From the NCBI GenBank assembly GCA_964596675.1, contig CAZQUZ010000005.1:16875-80874 (forward strand): 64,000 nt of DNA, written 5' to 3'. The DNA is from an uncultured Candidatus Peribacteria bacterium (lineage in GTDB: Bacteria > Patescibacteriota > Gracilibacteria > BD1-5 > UBA2023). A program made the translations under genes and the position numbers. The notes beneath the pieces were generated by a model that was given only the letters and a program-made list of their open reading frames with translations, did no database searches and was not told the DNA's origin. This document shows, piece after piece, positions 1-10,554 of the stretch (the stretch's first letter is position 1; each line of letters starts with the position of its first letter).

Positions 1-36
1 AAAAGAAGGGAGATTACATTGTATATGGGATATCTT

Positions 37-309
37 TTACTGTGGCAATACTCCGTGAGCGAGATAGGATTCATACTGTAATATTGAGTGCACAGATTCG
101 AGCTGATGAGTAGCTCATTCTTTATCGAGCAAAATATCGAGTTCATTTTCTGTTGTTCAAAAAAATACAGTTATATCTTTATGTCCAATCAAAAGCTGAG
201 CAGTCCTCATGGCTATAATTTGAGATCTTCTCTGATATTCCCATAAGAGTCATTCTTGATAACTTTTTATATTTTCCAATTTTCAGAATACTGAATCAAG
301 TCATGACAT
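37..309 (-). CDS. hypothetical protein (about 90 aa)
   Basis: With TGA read as Gly (about 5 in-frame TGA) this frame has no TAA or TAG from ATG (309) to TAA (37-39) in an AT-rich stretch. No family recognised. Confidence 0.3.
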
Positions 310-388
310 AAGCCGAGTTGATAAGATAATAAGTATGGGTATAATAATGAAATTTTTTACATATCAAATCTTTTATTTAAATATAAAA

Positions 389-415
389 TTAGCACGTAAA
401 CAAAAAAAGTGCTAA
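389..415. promoter_or_regulatory. CIRCE-like inverted repeat upstream of dnaK
   Basis: TTAGCAC-N13-GTGCTAA has the same arm spacing as CIRCE (TTAGCACTC-N9-GAGTGCTAA). It lies 78 nt upstream of the dnaK ATG, next to a TTGACA box. Confidence 0.5.
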
Positions 416-421
416 AAACTT

Positions 422-449
422 TTGACAGGATGAAAAAATCTGATAAAAT
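422..449 (+). promoter_or_regulatory. candidate dnaK promoter
   Basis: TTGACA (422-427), 16-nt spacer, TGaTAAAAT extended -10 (441-449). Confidence 0.4.
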
Positions 450-492
450 TACCACAATCCAATACGGAGAATATTTATTAATCTTTATAACT

Positions 493-2385
493 ATGTGAAA
501 AATTATCGGTATAGACCTCGGTACCACGAACTCATGTGTCGCCTTCATGGAAGGTGGACAGCCTAAAGTCATCCCAAATACTGAGGGTGGCAACACGACT
601 CCATCAGTCGTCGCTCTAAAAAAAGACGGTGAGACCATCGTCGGTATGCCAGCACGTCGTCAGTCTGTGACGAATCCTGGGAAGACGATTTTTTCTGCGA
701 AACGCTTCATCGGTCGCAAGTTCTCTGAGGTGACAGAAGAGCTAAAGGCTGTACCATTCAAAGTCACGAAAGGTGACGATGGTGGATGTATGATCGAGTG
801 GGATGGCAAGCCAGTCCGTCCAGAAGAAATAAGCGCGAAAGTCCTCGAAAAACTCAAACACGATGCTGAGAAATACCTCGGACAAAAGGTTACAGAGGCA
901 GTCATCACGGTACCTGCATACTTCAATGACTCTGAGCGTCAGGCAACTATCAACGCTGGTAAAATCGCCGGTCTCGATGTAAAGCGTATCGTCAATGAGC
1001 CGACAGCGGCTGCGCTCGCCTATGGTGCAGATAAATCAAAAGACCAAAAAATCGCAGTCTATGACTTCGGTGGTGGTACATTCGACATCTCTATCCTCGA
1101 GATAGGAAGTGAGGGGACATTCGAAGTACTCGCGACGAACGGAGACACACACCTCGGTGGTGATGACTTCGATCAGGCGATATTCGAGTATGTGATGGCA
1201 GAGTTCCAGAAAGAGTCTGGTATCGACCTACGAAAGGATGCGATGGCAGTCCAGCGTGTCCGCTCTGCATCTGAAAAAGCGAAAATCGAGCTCTCATCTG
1301 CGACATCTACGGAGATCAATGAGCCATTTATCGCGATGAATGACGGAGTCCCGAGCAATCTGAATATGACTATCACGCGTGCGAAGTTCGAAGAGCTCAT
1401 CGCTGACCTCGTAGAGCGCTCTATGGAGCCATGCCGCAAGGTGATGAAAGACTCAGGCCTCCAGGCAAATCAAATCCACGAAGTCATCCTCGTCGGAGGC
1501 TCGACTCGTGTCCCGATGATAAAGGCAAAGGTAGAGCAGTTCTTCGGTAAAAAACCAAATGAATCCGTCCATCCAGATGAGGCAGTCGCACTCGGTGCTG
1601 CTATCCAGGCTGGTATCATCCAGGGTGATGTGAAGGATGTCCTCCTCCTCGATGTCACTCCACTCTCACTCGGTATCGAGACACTCGGTGGTGTGATGAC
1701 TCGTATGATCGAGCGAAACACGACTATCCCGACATCGAAGTCTCAGGTCTACTCGACCGCTGCAGATAACCAGGACTCTGTAGAGATACATATCCTCCAG
1801 GGTGAGCGCGAGATGGCTGGGGACAATAAGTCTCTCGGACGATTCGTCCTCTCAGGTATCGCCTCGGCTCCACGTGGTATCCCGCAGATCGAGGTCACTC
1901 TCGACATCGATGCGTCTGGAGTGCTCCATGTCACGGCGAAAGATAAGGGAACTGGTAAGGAGCAAAAAATCACGGTGCAGGGCTCTACTGGTATGAGCGA
2001 TGATGAGGTCGAGAAGCTCGTGAAAGAGGCTGAGGCCAACCGCGAAGCCGATAAGAAAAAGAAAGAATCTATCGAAGCTCGTAACCACGCTGACTCTCTC
2101 GTATACCAGTCTGAGAAGACCCTCGAAGAAAGCAAAGATAAGTACGAGGCAGCAGATGGCGAGACTGCGAAATCCGCTCTCGAACGTCTGAAGCAGGTCC
2201 TCGCTGACACGAACTCTACGAAAGATGATATCGAGTGAGCGACGAAGACCCTCTCTGATGTCATGATGAAGATCGGCCAAGCCATCTACTCGCATGCTGG
2301 TGATCCAGAAAAGGGTCCTGAAACAAGTTCAGGATGACAGAAAAATGAAGATGGAAGTGTCGAGGCGGAGGTAGAGGAGAAGTAA
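493..2385 (+). CDS. dnaK: molecular chaperone DnaK (Hsp70)
   Basis: Track ORF 547..2238 extends 5' to ATG 493, giving [22 protein letters not shown] with codon 2 = TGA. It extends 3' through TGA at 2236 and 2335 to TAA 2383-2385. Confidence 0.97.
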
Positions 2386-2390
2386 TAGTT

Positions 2391-2420
2391 ATCCCCACTT
2401 ATTTGAGTGGGGATTTTTTA
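2391..2420 (+). terminator. rho-independent terminator after dnaK
   Basis: atccccact / agtggggat hairpin followed by a T-run. Confidence 0.7.
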
Positions 2421-2433
2421 AAATTTTAAAAAT

Positions 2434-3663
2434 ATGGCTTGATTTTTGAAGCATCCGCATCTTTTTGAAGATACTTATAAGGTAGAAGATTTATTTAATC
2501 TATCTAGTTATAATGAACGAGTATGGTGAAAAATTCAAGCAATGGATAATAAGTGAATATTTTGATTTGTTTGACCTTATGGATGTTGAAAATCAACCAT
2601 TATTCATAATATAAAATCTGCTCATTCTTGAGAAAATGATCCACTATGGATACATTTTGATGCTTGGAAGTATCATGATAAGAAGGATTTATGGGAAGGA
2701 TTTATAATAGATATTGGTATACAAATTTGATGTGTTTCGAGGGGCGATATTATAAAAGAGATAGATGGGGATAATATTTCATTTGCAGATTGACTCTTAA
2801 CATCCCTTTCTAGCATTCCTTGATTATGATGACTTGATTGACTTAAAAAAATATTTGAAAGTCGTTGAATCAGTCGTGTTTTTGAATTTCAAGAGTTATT
2901 AAGAAAATTCCTGCTTTCCACAAATAAAGAAATTATTATTACTATCGAAGATATTGACAGGGCATGAGAACAGGGATTAACTTTCCTAGAAACCCTCAAT
3001 TTCTTTCTTAAACAAGAACTCGAAGAAAAAGCGATTAAAGTTGTAGTGCTAATCGGAGATAAATCCTATAAAAATCAGGGCTCTGATAGTTATCTTAAGT
3101 CTTTAGATATTACTGAATTCTTTTCTCCTTGAATTTTAGATTTTGAATGATTTATAAATGAACATTTTGATTTTAGAATTTTTTCAAGCATACCTCAGCA
3201 AAATTTAGCTAAACAACAATTAGTATCACTATGTCTAGAGTTAATAAAAAGTAATTTAACCTCTCAAACATTTTCATTAAGGCAAATTAAGCACATCTTT
3301 CGTGCAGCCAATAATAGTTATAAAGTACAGATCTCTAAATGATTTCCATCCGATTTTCGGATTACCATAATTTTGGAATTTGCAAAATATATACATTCAT
3401 CAAATTCACAGTTAGAATTTGAAAAGATACAGCAAGAGATTGTATGGGATAGTATAGTCTTTAGGTTTATTAAAATGGTAAATTATAGTATAGAAAGTTT
3501 TACAAAATTTAATTCATATCTCACCTCATGAAGAGCGCAAGAGTTACAGGCGAATATATGATGGATTGATTCAGAATTATTTCATCCAGATCCTTTAAAA
3601 GTTTATTGTTATAGTGGATTAGATGACACTCAAAGATTGCCAAGATTTTATATTGATTTCTAG
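2434..3663 (+). CDS. KAP-family-like P-loop NTPase (409 aa)
   Basis: No TAA or TAG for 409 codons, with roughly 20 in-frame TGA. Walker A GPYGCGKST at 2572-2598 has two of its glycines encoded by TGA. An FDAWKY motif typical of KAP NTPases follows. The gene is absent from the track because of the TGAs. Confidence 0.7.
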
Positions 3664-3667
3664 TTAG

Positions 3668-3697
3668 AAAAATCCCTCCATTTCGGAGGGATTTTTG
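3668..3697. terminator. bidirectional hairpin terminator
   Basis: aatccctcc-atttc-ggagggatt hairpin flanked by an A-run and a T-run. Confidence 0.65.
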
Positions 3698-3753
3698 CAT
3701 TTTCTCCGAAAACATGCTACTATGAAAATACCTTTATCCTTATCTTTTTTTAT

Positions 3754-4485
3754 ATGGCAGATGTTCCACAGATTCCAGATAGCCTCGTACCACCTCCAGC
3801 ATCCATGCCTGCAGCATCCAATCCTGCAGGAGAGATGCAGCGATTTATGCAGCATGTATATGGCTGGATGGCATTCGCACTCGTCGTTTCAGGTGGCATA
3901 GCATACTATGTCGTCCATGACATCGTGCTTCTCACATGGATATTCGAAAAAGGACTTTTCATGCCACTTCTCCTCGTTGAGCTTGGTCTCGTATTTGGTC
4001 TGTCATGGTTCCTCCAGAAAATGAGTGCACTCACAGCCACGATTATGTTTATCCTCTATTCATTCGTCACAGGACTGACACTTTCTGTGATATTTCTCGT
4101 GTACCAACTTGGGTCTATCGTATCGATATTCGGCGTGACAGCAGTCATATTCACGGCTATGAGTGTCTATGGATATTATACGAAGCGTGATCTCACTGGC
4201 ATAGGTACGCTCGCATTTTTCGGGCTTATCGGTATCATCATCGCCGGTCTCGTGAATCTTTTCGTCCAAAATACGATGGCAGACTTTATCATCTCTGCAG
4301 TGGGTGTCATCGTATTTATTGCCCTCACAGCATACGATACTCAGAAGATAAAGGCACTCAATATCATCGGAAATGAGGGAACGGAAGAAGACAAAAAAGA
4401 GGTCATCATGGGTGCACTCACGCTCTACCTCGACTTTATCAACCTCTTCCTAAAGCTCCTACGCCTCTTCGGAAAAAGACGCTAA
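3754..4485 (+). CDS. Bax inhibitor-1/YccA family membrane protein
   Basis: Intact track ORF of 243 aa with multiple TM segments. Motifs YGYYTKRDLTGIG and TAYDTQKIK are typical of the BI-1/YccA family. Confidence 0.85.
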   Translation: MADVPQIPDSLVPPPASMPAASNPAGEMQRFMQHVYGWMAFALVVSGGIAYYVVHDIVLLTWIFEKGLFMPLLLVELGLVFGLSWFLQKMSALTATIMFILYSFVTGLTLSVIFLVYQLGSIVSIFGVTAVIFTAMSVYGYYTKRDLTGIGTLAFFGLIGIIIAGLVNLFVQNTMADFIISAVGVIVFIALTAYDTQKIKALNIIGNEGTEEDKKEVIMGALTLYLDFINLFLKLLRLFGKRR

Positions 4486-4616
4486 TATCTATCTTATATC
4501 AATCCCTCCGAAGTAGTGGGATTTTCTGTGAGTTTTTTATGAAAATCTCGTGAAGAAGCTTGTGATTTTGGCACTATGTGATAGACTAGTGCCACTTTAT
4601 TTCTTATCTTATCCCT

Positions 4617-5288
4617 ATGAAAGAACTCCGTATATTCCTCGCAGTGATATCACTCCTCCTCTTAGCTGGATTTGCTTCCTCAGCACTCGCTCGTGAGTCT
4701 GAGTCTGATGATGATCATAAATCTACTGGTACTTATGTGAGTCATGACGACGACGATAACGATGACGACGATGATCGCCGTGATAATCTGAAAGAACGAC
4801 TCAAAAAACTTCGCGAGATAAACGCTGAGCGTATAAAAAAACTTCGCGAAAAAAGAAAAAATCATCATACGACTCAGACGGGATCTACCCAAACAGGTGC
4901 TGTCATACATACTGGTGCTACCCAGACAGGATCTACGAAACCACTAGTAACGCCAGTAAAGCCACCAGTCACACCAGCACCTACTACTCCTACTCCGCCA
5001 GCAGCCCCAGTAGCAGTAACCCGATCTGCTACAGTGACATATCGTACTCCTGCGACCAGTGCGGATCCAGTATGATTCTCAGTTACAGTAAAATCCGGAC
5101 TCATCACGGCTGCGAGTGCGACCGTAAAATCCGGGAATAATACAAGCATCGGATATCAAAAAAGTTTTGCAAATAGCATTTCTGCACAAGCGGTAGGAAA
5201 AAAAGTAGCTGGACTCAATCTCTCAGCAGTCGGAGGTGCGAGTCTTACGACTACAGCCTTTGAGCAATTTGTATCAGTAAATTTCTAG
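4617..5288 (+). CDS. secreted low-complexity protein with FMN_bind-like C-terminus
   Basis: Track ORF 4617..5075 continues through TGA 5073 to TAG 5286-5288. It has a signal peptide, an Asp-rich run, TQTG repeats and a Pro/Thr linker. The C-terminus LSAVGGASLTTTAF resembles the FMN-binding domain signature. Confidence 0.55.
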
Positions 5289-5307
5289 TCTTCCCTCGAT
5301 AAGAAAT

Positions 5308-5335
5308 AATCCCTCCGAAATGGAGGGATTATTTC
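5308..5335 (+). terminator. hairpin terminator (reverse-complement copy of 3671-3693)
   Basis: aatccctcc-gaaat-ggagggatt hairpin. Confidence 0.6.
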
Positions 5336-5472
5336 TATCCCATAGAGCTTTCTAATTATATACACCTTTTTAGGTGGTAAGAATAATTGCTAGTTTCAGG
5401 CTCGATAGAATTTATTTTTGCAAATAGGATAATTATTCTTATAATTCTAATACTTAGAAAGTCAATATTTGT

Positions 5473-5922
5473 ATGATCGAATACATAGAACGTATACATC
5501 CCGTGAATGCAGAATACCTCATACATTCAGAATTATATCGCGTATATGCTGATCCATATGGGAATATGTATGAGCTCGCGATAGAAAAAATCACCGGACA
5601 AGTAAATGCACTCCTCGCATATTACTATCATGATGGAGCAAGTATGTGAGCTCATAATCAGGCGAATGTTGCCTTACTGAGTCCCGAAGGAGGCTTCTTT
5701 TGGGTAGATACTCCTCAGATACGAGCTGAGCTTGATATCAATATACTCTATATGTTCCTCAATCCACTTGCTCATATAAATGGTTGGCAGTATCAGAAAA
5801 AATTATCGCAAAATACAATACCAGAAGATGTACTCAGGAATACCTATCCGAAAGCTTCTGGACCAAGAGGTGTGTATAATCTCCTCTTCGAAATACGAAG
5901 CAAATATCTTCCCCATATTTAG
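5473..5922 (+). CDS. hypothetical protein (149 aa)
   Basis: ATG 5473 to TAG 5920-5922 with one in-frame TGA. Open for 149 codons in AT-rich DNA. Not in the track. Confidence 0.5.
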
Positions 5923-5982
5923 AATCTATAATTGCTTTTTCAGCTATATACCATAGTATAGTCCCATACTAAGCCATATATC

Positions 5983-6282
5983 ATGTCTCAAATGTCTCGT
6001 GCCGACTTTACTGATAAAGTCCAAGAATACATCAAACGTATCAATCAAATCGCAGAAGAGCAGGGCTACTCTGTGATGATGGCTTACTATATCGGCGGGT
6101 CCGATGAGGATGCATCAGATGATGACTTTATCATCGACTGGCGCAATATGAGTCTCAATGATAATCTCTATGCACTCAATCGCTGGAGTCAGGATATCAT
6201 GAATAACTTCGATGAAAATGCTGAGCAGGATGGAGAGGATATGTGGTGAAAGGGGATGCCAGACTTTGGTGCGAAGTTCTAG
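5983..6282 (+). CDS. acidic hypothetical protein (99 aa)
   Basis: Track ORF 5983..6249 reads through TGA 6247 to TAG 6280-6282. Confidence 0.55.
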
Positions 6283-6977
6283 AACTGCTCCCAGTGGATA
6301 TCGGATTTTGGTATGCCGAGGGACTCCAGGATCTCTCGAGAGCTCTTTACCATGGCGGGCGAGCCACAGATATAGTACTCTTCATAGGCCGAGATGAGCT
6401 CTGGAGTGAGTGCATCGGTGACGTAACCAGAGCACTGATGATGTGGTGCGTCGTCTCAGAAATCAGACTCGCGAGAGAAATACGCTCGATACTCGAAATC
6501 CTGAAACCGCGCTCCTATATCGAGGATCTCTGATGTATAAAAACTATCTATAAAATTTCTGACGCCGAAGATAAATGCGACTTTTGCTGGTTTTATAGGA
6601 TTCTCTGATGCCTGCCGCATCTGGCAGTATACTGGTGCGAATCCTGTCCCAGTACCGATAAAGCACTTACTCCTCGGGGTATCCATGAGTGTAAAGTGCC
6701 CGAGTGGTATCATGCCAGCTAGAGTCGTGCCGATATCTGCATCACAGATGAGTGGTGAACCACGACCATCGGGGATGCGTTTTATTATGAGGGTGAATGT
6801 CGTATCACTAAAACTCGCGAGTGAGTATGCACGATTGAGTCCTGGGGCAAGCTGGAACATAACGTACTGTCATGGTTTTGGGATTTCTTTCGATAATTCG
6901 TCGCAGGAGTATGTGAGCTCATAGACATCATGTGTGAGCTGTTTCTTTGTAGCGAGTATAAAAGAAGTTTTGAGCAT
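6279..6977 (-). CDS. ferredoxin-NADP reductase-like FAD/NAD(P)-binding oxidoreductase
   Basis: Track ORF 6456..6860 extends both ways through TGA. Motifs seen are PGQYV, RAYSLAS (RxYS FAD motif), GTGFAP (NAD motif) and a C-terminal EYYICGSPAMV...EQF. Confidence 0.85.
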
Positions 6978-7036
6978 AGAGATAATCAGAAAAAAGAATA
7001 TATTGCTTTTGCAAGCCTTTTAGTATAACAAGATGA

Positions 7037-7077
7037 CAAAAAATCTCTCCCGAGTATGGAGAGATTTAGGTTTTTTG
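7037..7077. terminator. bidirectional hairpin terminator
   Basis: aaatctctcc-cgagtat-ggagagattt hairpin with an A-run and a T-run. Confidence 0.6.
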
Positions 7078-7086
7078 CAAGAGGAG

Positions 7087-7332
7087 TTAGGCGACTTTTT
7101 TCTCTTCGATGATGGAGTCATTCGCAGCTTTAGGGAGAGGAGGTGTAGAGTCTAGGATACCTACAGTACCTGCTTTTGTATTTTGGAGGGCTTCTATGAG
7201 ATGCTTATCAGTGATATTCGTCCCGAGCCAAGAAGCGACTACCTCAGCAACTGCCCGAGCAATCGGTGTCTTATGGATACCAGCGTCTCTGAGTTTCTGT
7301 GCGAGAGATGAAAATTCGGTGTTTTCAGACAT
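7087..7332 (-). CDS. small hypothetical protein downstream of recA (81 aa)
   Basis: Track ORF 7087..7350. The second ATG (MSENTEF) is preferred because the first lies 2 nt after a TATAAT box. Confidence 0.5.
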   Translation of the reverse strand: MSENTEFSSLAQKLRDAGIHKTPIARAVAEVVASWLGTNITDKHLIEALQNTKAGTVGILDSTPPLPKAANDSIIEEKKVA

Positions 7333-7380
7333 AATGAAAATATATGTCATAATTATAGCACAGATTTCATTTCATGCAAA

Positions 7381-8424
7381 TTATTCATCGATTTCTTCTA
7401 CTATCTTTTCTTTTTTACTACCAGCAGTATCTCATTTTTTACTTTTACGTACCTCAGCTTCGATTTTTGCGAGGAGCTTCTTATCCTCTCTGAGGAATGT
7501 ACGGGCATTATCTCGTCATTGTCCGAGCTTTATATCACCATATGAGTAGAATGCTCATGCTTTTTTGATGATACCACGATCTGATCCGATATCGAGCACT
7601 TCACCCGCGCGAGAGATTCACTCATTAAATAGCACATCTATCTCCACTTCGCGGAATGGAGGAGCGACTTTATTCTTCACGATTTTTACTTTGACTTTAT
7701 TTCCGAATGCTTCTTTATCATCACCAGTACCTGATTCGAGCTTTTCTTTTTTACGGATTTCGAGACGCTGCGATGCATAGAACTTCAGAGCATTACCACC
7801 TGTAGTAGTCTCTGGATTACCGAACATGACACCTATCTTCATACGAATCTGATTAATAAAGATGACAGTCGTATTCGACTTACCGATGACACCAGTCACC
7901 TTACGAAGTGCCTGAGACATGAGGCGAGCCTGCAGTCCCATAAATGAGTCTCCCATGTTTCACTCGATCTCAGCCTTTGGTGTGAGGGCAGCGACCGAGT
8001 CTACGACTATGAGGTCGACTGCTCCAGAACGTACGAGCGCATCGACTATCTCGAGGGCTTGTTCACCATAGTCTGGCTGTGAGACGATAAGGTTATCGAT
8101 ATCGACACCGATATTACGAGCGTAGGCAGGGTCGAGTGCATGCTCTGCATCCACAAACGCTGCAGTACCACCAGCTTTTTGACACTCGGCGATAGCATGG
8201 AGTGTGAGTGTCGTCTTACCAGATGACTCTGGTCCATATATCTCGATGATGCGTCACTTTGCATATCCGCCGCCGAGTGCTTCATCGAGTGCGATAGAGC
8301 CAGAAGAGGTCATCTCGACATTCATATGTGTACGCTCTCCGAGTTTCATCACAGAGCCAGCGCCGAACTGTTTTTCTATCATGGCGAGAGCGGAAGCGAG
8401 TGCGTCTTTTTTATTATCAGTCAT
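7381..8424 (-). CDS. recA: recombinase RecA
   Basis: Track ORFs 7618..7956 and 7960..8154 join in one frame through TGA codons. The gene extends to ATG 8424 and TAA 7381-7383. Motifs: [17 protein letters not shown] (Walker A), [20 protein letters not shown]. Confidence 0.97.
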
Positions 8425-8663
8425 ATGAGAGTAAATGTAAGTGTGTAAAGTGTAAGTGTAGTGGTTTCAGAAATATGGGGTTTTTTTGAGAGATCTGGAG
8501 TATAGGATATTTATAGTCCGAAATACTGAGCCACCATCTGGAGTGGTGTTTTTCTGCGGTTCGTGCGGATACGCTCTTGTCCGATAAAGAGGAAGTGTGA
8601 ATTTTTCTGTCGAGAATGTCAGATAATGGAAATCATAGGGAAGAAAGAGTAAAAAAGTAAGAT

Positions 8664-9290
8664 TTATGTAAAGAGGTCTCCCGGAAATGCTCGGACGAAT
8701 GTACCTTGTATCATGATGTTACCATCGGATTCATCGAGGATTATAGGTTTATGTTTCGGGTTATCGGAGTGGGGAATGAGGTATACAGCACCATCACGTT
8801 CACGGTATTCTTTGAGTGTAGCTTCATCATTGATGAGTGCGACGACGATTTTGCCATTTTCTGGAAGATTGGACTTCTTGATGAGGACAAGGTCGCCACT
8901 TTCTATTCCTTTTTGGTTCATGGAGTCTCACTCTGCTCTGAGGAAGAAGTATTCATCACTTGATGAGAGGAGCTTCGTGGAGATGGGTATCTTGGTCTCG
9001 ATGTTCTCCTCGGCGAAGATAGGCATCCCGCAGGCGATAGCACCGATGAGAGGGATAGGTCGTACCTCGTAGCTGTCGGTCGTATACTGAGGAGATATAC
9101 GTATCTGGTCCTGACTATCTCGGTAAAGCCATCACTTCTCCATGATCTGATCCAGGAGGACAGATATCGAGCGAGGTGAGGCGTATCCGAGATCTGCCTG
9201 GAGGGCTCGTATCGTCATCTTCTGTCCAGTAGAGAGATACTCTTTTACTTTGAGAAAGACGGATTGTTCTTTGGTGGTGAGTTTTTCCAT
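8664..9290 (-). CDS. lexA: LexA repressor (S24 peptidase)
   Basis: Track ORF 8664..8921 extends 5' to ATG 9290. It has an N-terminal wHTH, a cleavage-site region GAIACG, and the catalytic motif G-D-S-M whose Gly is TGA (8928-8930). Confidence 0.92.
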
Positions 9291-9383
9291 AGTTCAAATG
9301 AAGTGAGAAAATAGAGTTTACTCGAATTTTCGAGCGGAATGCAGAACTAAGAGACGAAGTCTCATAAACGAGCAATTCCATAC

Positions 9384-9415
9384 AATGTATACAAATGAGT
9401 ATATATGTATACATT
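9384..9415. promoter_or_regulatory. candidate operator: AATGTATACA-N12-TGTATACATT
   Basis: Two copies of the palindrome TGTATACA bracket a TATACT -10-like hexamer, 95-125 nt upstream of lexA. Confidence 0.35.
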
Positions 9416-9434
9416 TTGAATGCAAATGTATTTT

Positions 9435-9464
9435 AAAAAATCCCATTGTATAAATGGGATTTTA
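9435..9464 (-). terminator. hairpin terminator
   Basis: aatcccatt-gtataa-atgggatt hairpin with a T-run on the minus strand, after the 9492..10061 gene. Confidence 0.6.
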
Positions 9465-9491
9465 TGTGGAAAATATTTCTTTATGTAGGAT

Positions 9492-10061
9492 TTAGAATCC
9501 AAATTTTTCCATACTAGTCTTGAGTTTACTTATTATTCATTGCACCTTATTCCCATGATTTAATGGTATGTTGTTTCGAATTCATTTCATGGGTATTTTA
9601 TTTCACATTACATCACTTGTATTCTGATAATTTCTGATTTTTTGCCCTACAAAATTATTTCTAAAAGTCTTTTTTAAAACCTCTTTTAACTCTATTCGCT
9701 CATGTCAATCTGAGAGTTGCTCTATTTCTGTTTGTATCTGAAATAAGCTATCAAAATTAAAACCACTTTCTGTATCATATTCTTTGTTGGGGAGTGCCTC
9801 AGATGGATTATGTAAAGGGAATTGTACTCACAAAAGCATATCGAGTCTTCCATACAGATAAGAAAGGCCATGTTCTTCTTCGCCTTGCACTTCATTTTGT
9901 AAAAAATTTTGGAATATCTTTCGAAACTGTTCAGCTCTCCAGTGATCTAGTTGCATGTGAAAAACACTATTACTAGAAAGTTGAATAATCAATTTCTGGA
10001 TATTCTTAGCTTCTTCTGAGGTCTCTTGTGCATGGGAGGGAAGTGATGATGAGTGTAACAT
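9492..10061 (-). CDS. hypothetical protein (189 aa)
   Basis: Track ORF 9828..10061 continues through about 6 TGA to TAA 9492-9494. Open for 189 codons in AT-rich DNA. Confidence 0.6.
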
Positions 10062-10077
10062 ATATAAAAATTAAAAA

Positions 10078-10335
10078 TTATTTCTTCCTATCGTAGTGTT
10101 CCTTGAGCCCTTCGGCTGTGCCGATAGCGACTCTCTTGCCATGACAGACGGGACACTCATAGAGATATTCACGCATTTTTTTGCCGATTTTCTGTGGTTC
10201 GAGGCGTATCGGCTCGACAGCTTTCCAGCAATCACGACAAAAAAATCCTATCTCTCATCGCTCAGGATTAAAGTTATTTTCTCTTTTTTTTCCGAAAGAG
10301 GGGACATTTACGAGGTCTGTGTATGACGTAGACAT
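10078..10335 (-). CDS. small zinc-ribbon-like protein (85 aa)
   Basis: ATG 10335 to TAA 10078-10080 with one TGA. Two CxxC pairs are present (CRDC ... CPVC). Confidence 0.5.
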
Positions 10336-10442
10336 ACCGTTATGATAGAGAAATACGGGAGAAATGCAATATAATTTCTGATACAGACTCATAACACAGA
10401 CTCAGAGTACTGATACTTTTGTAACCAAAAGTAACCAAAAGT

Positions 10443-10512
10443 TTCGGGGTGGCAACAGAGCCTTCACTTTCTTCTCCTCGATGATGGATTTTCACACCAT
10501 TGCCACCCCGAA
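10443..10512. repeat. 13-bp perfect inverted repeat with 44-nt spacer
   Basis: ttcggggtggcaa (10443-10455) pairs with ttgccaccccgaa (10500-10512). It sits in the 219-nt gap between dnaJ and the zinc-ribbon gene and is preceded by a tandem gtaaccaaaa x2. Confidence 0.45.
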
Positions 10513-10554
10513 CCCCTATGATTCGTCGATGAGACAGATTGCATTTATACCTTT

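Noticed and set aside
7087-7332. Calling the small gene downstream of recA as recX
   Set aside because: At 81 aa it is too short and lacks the repeated helical RecX pattern. Position alone is not sufficient.
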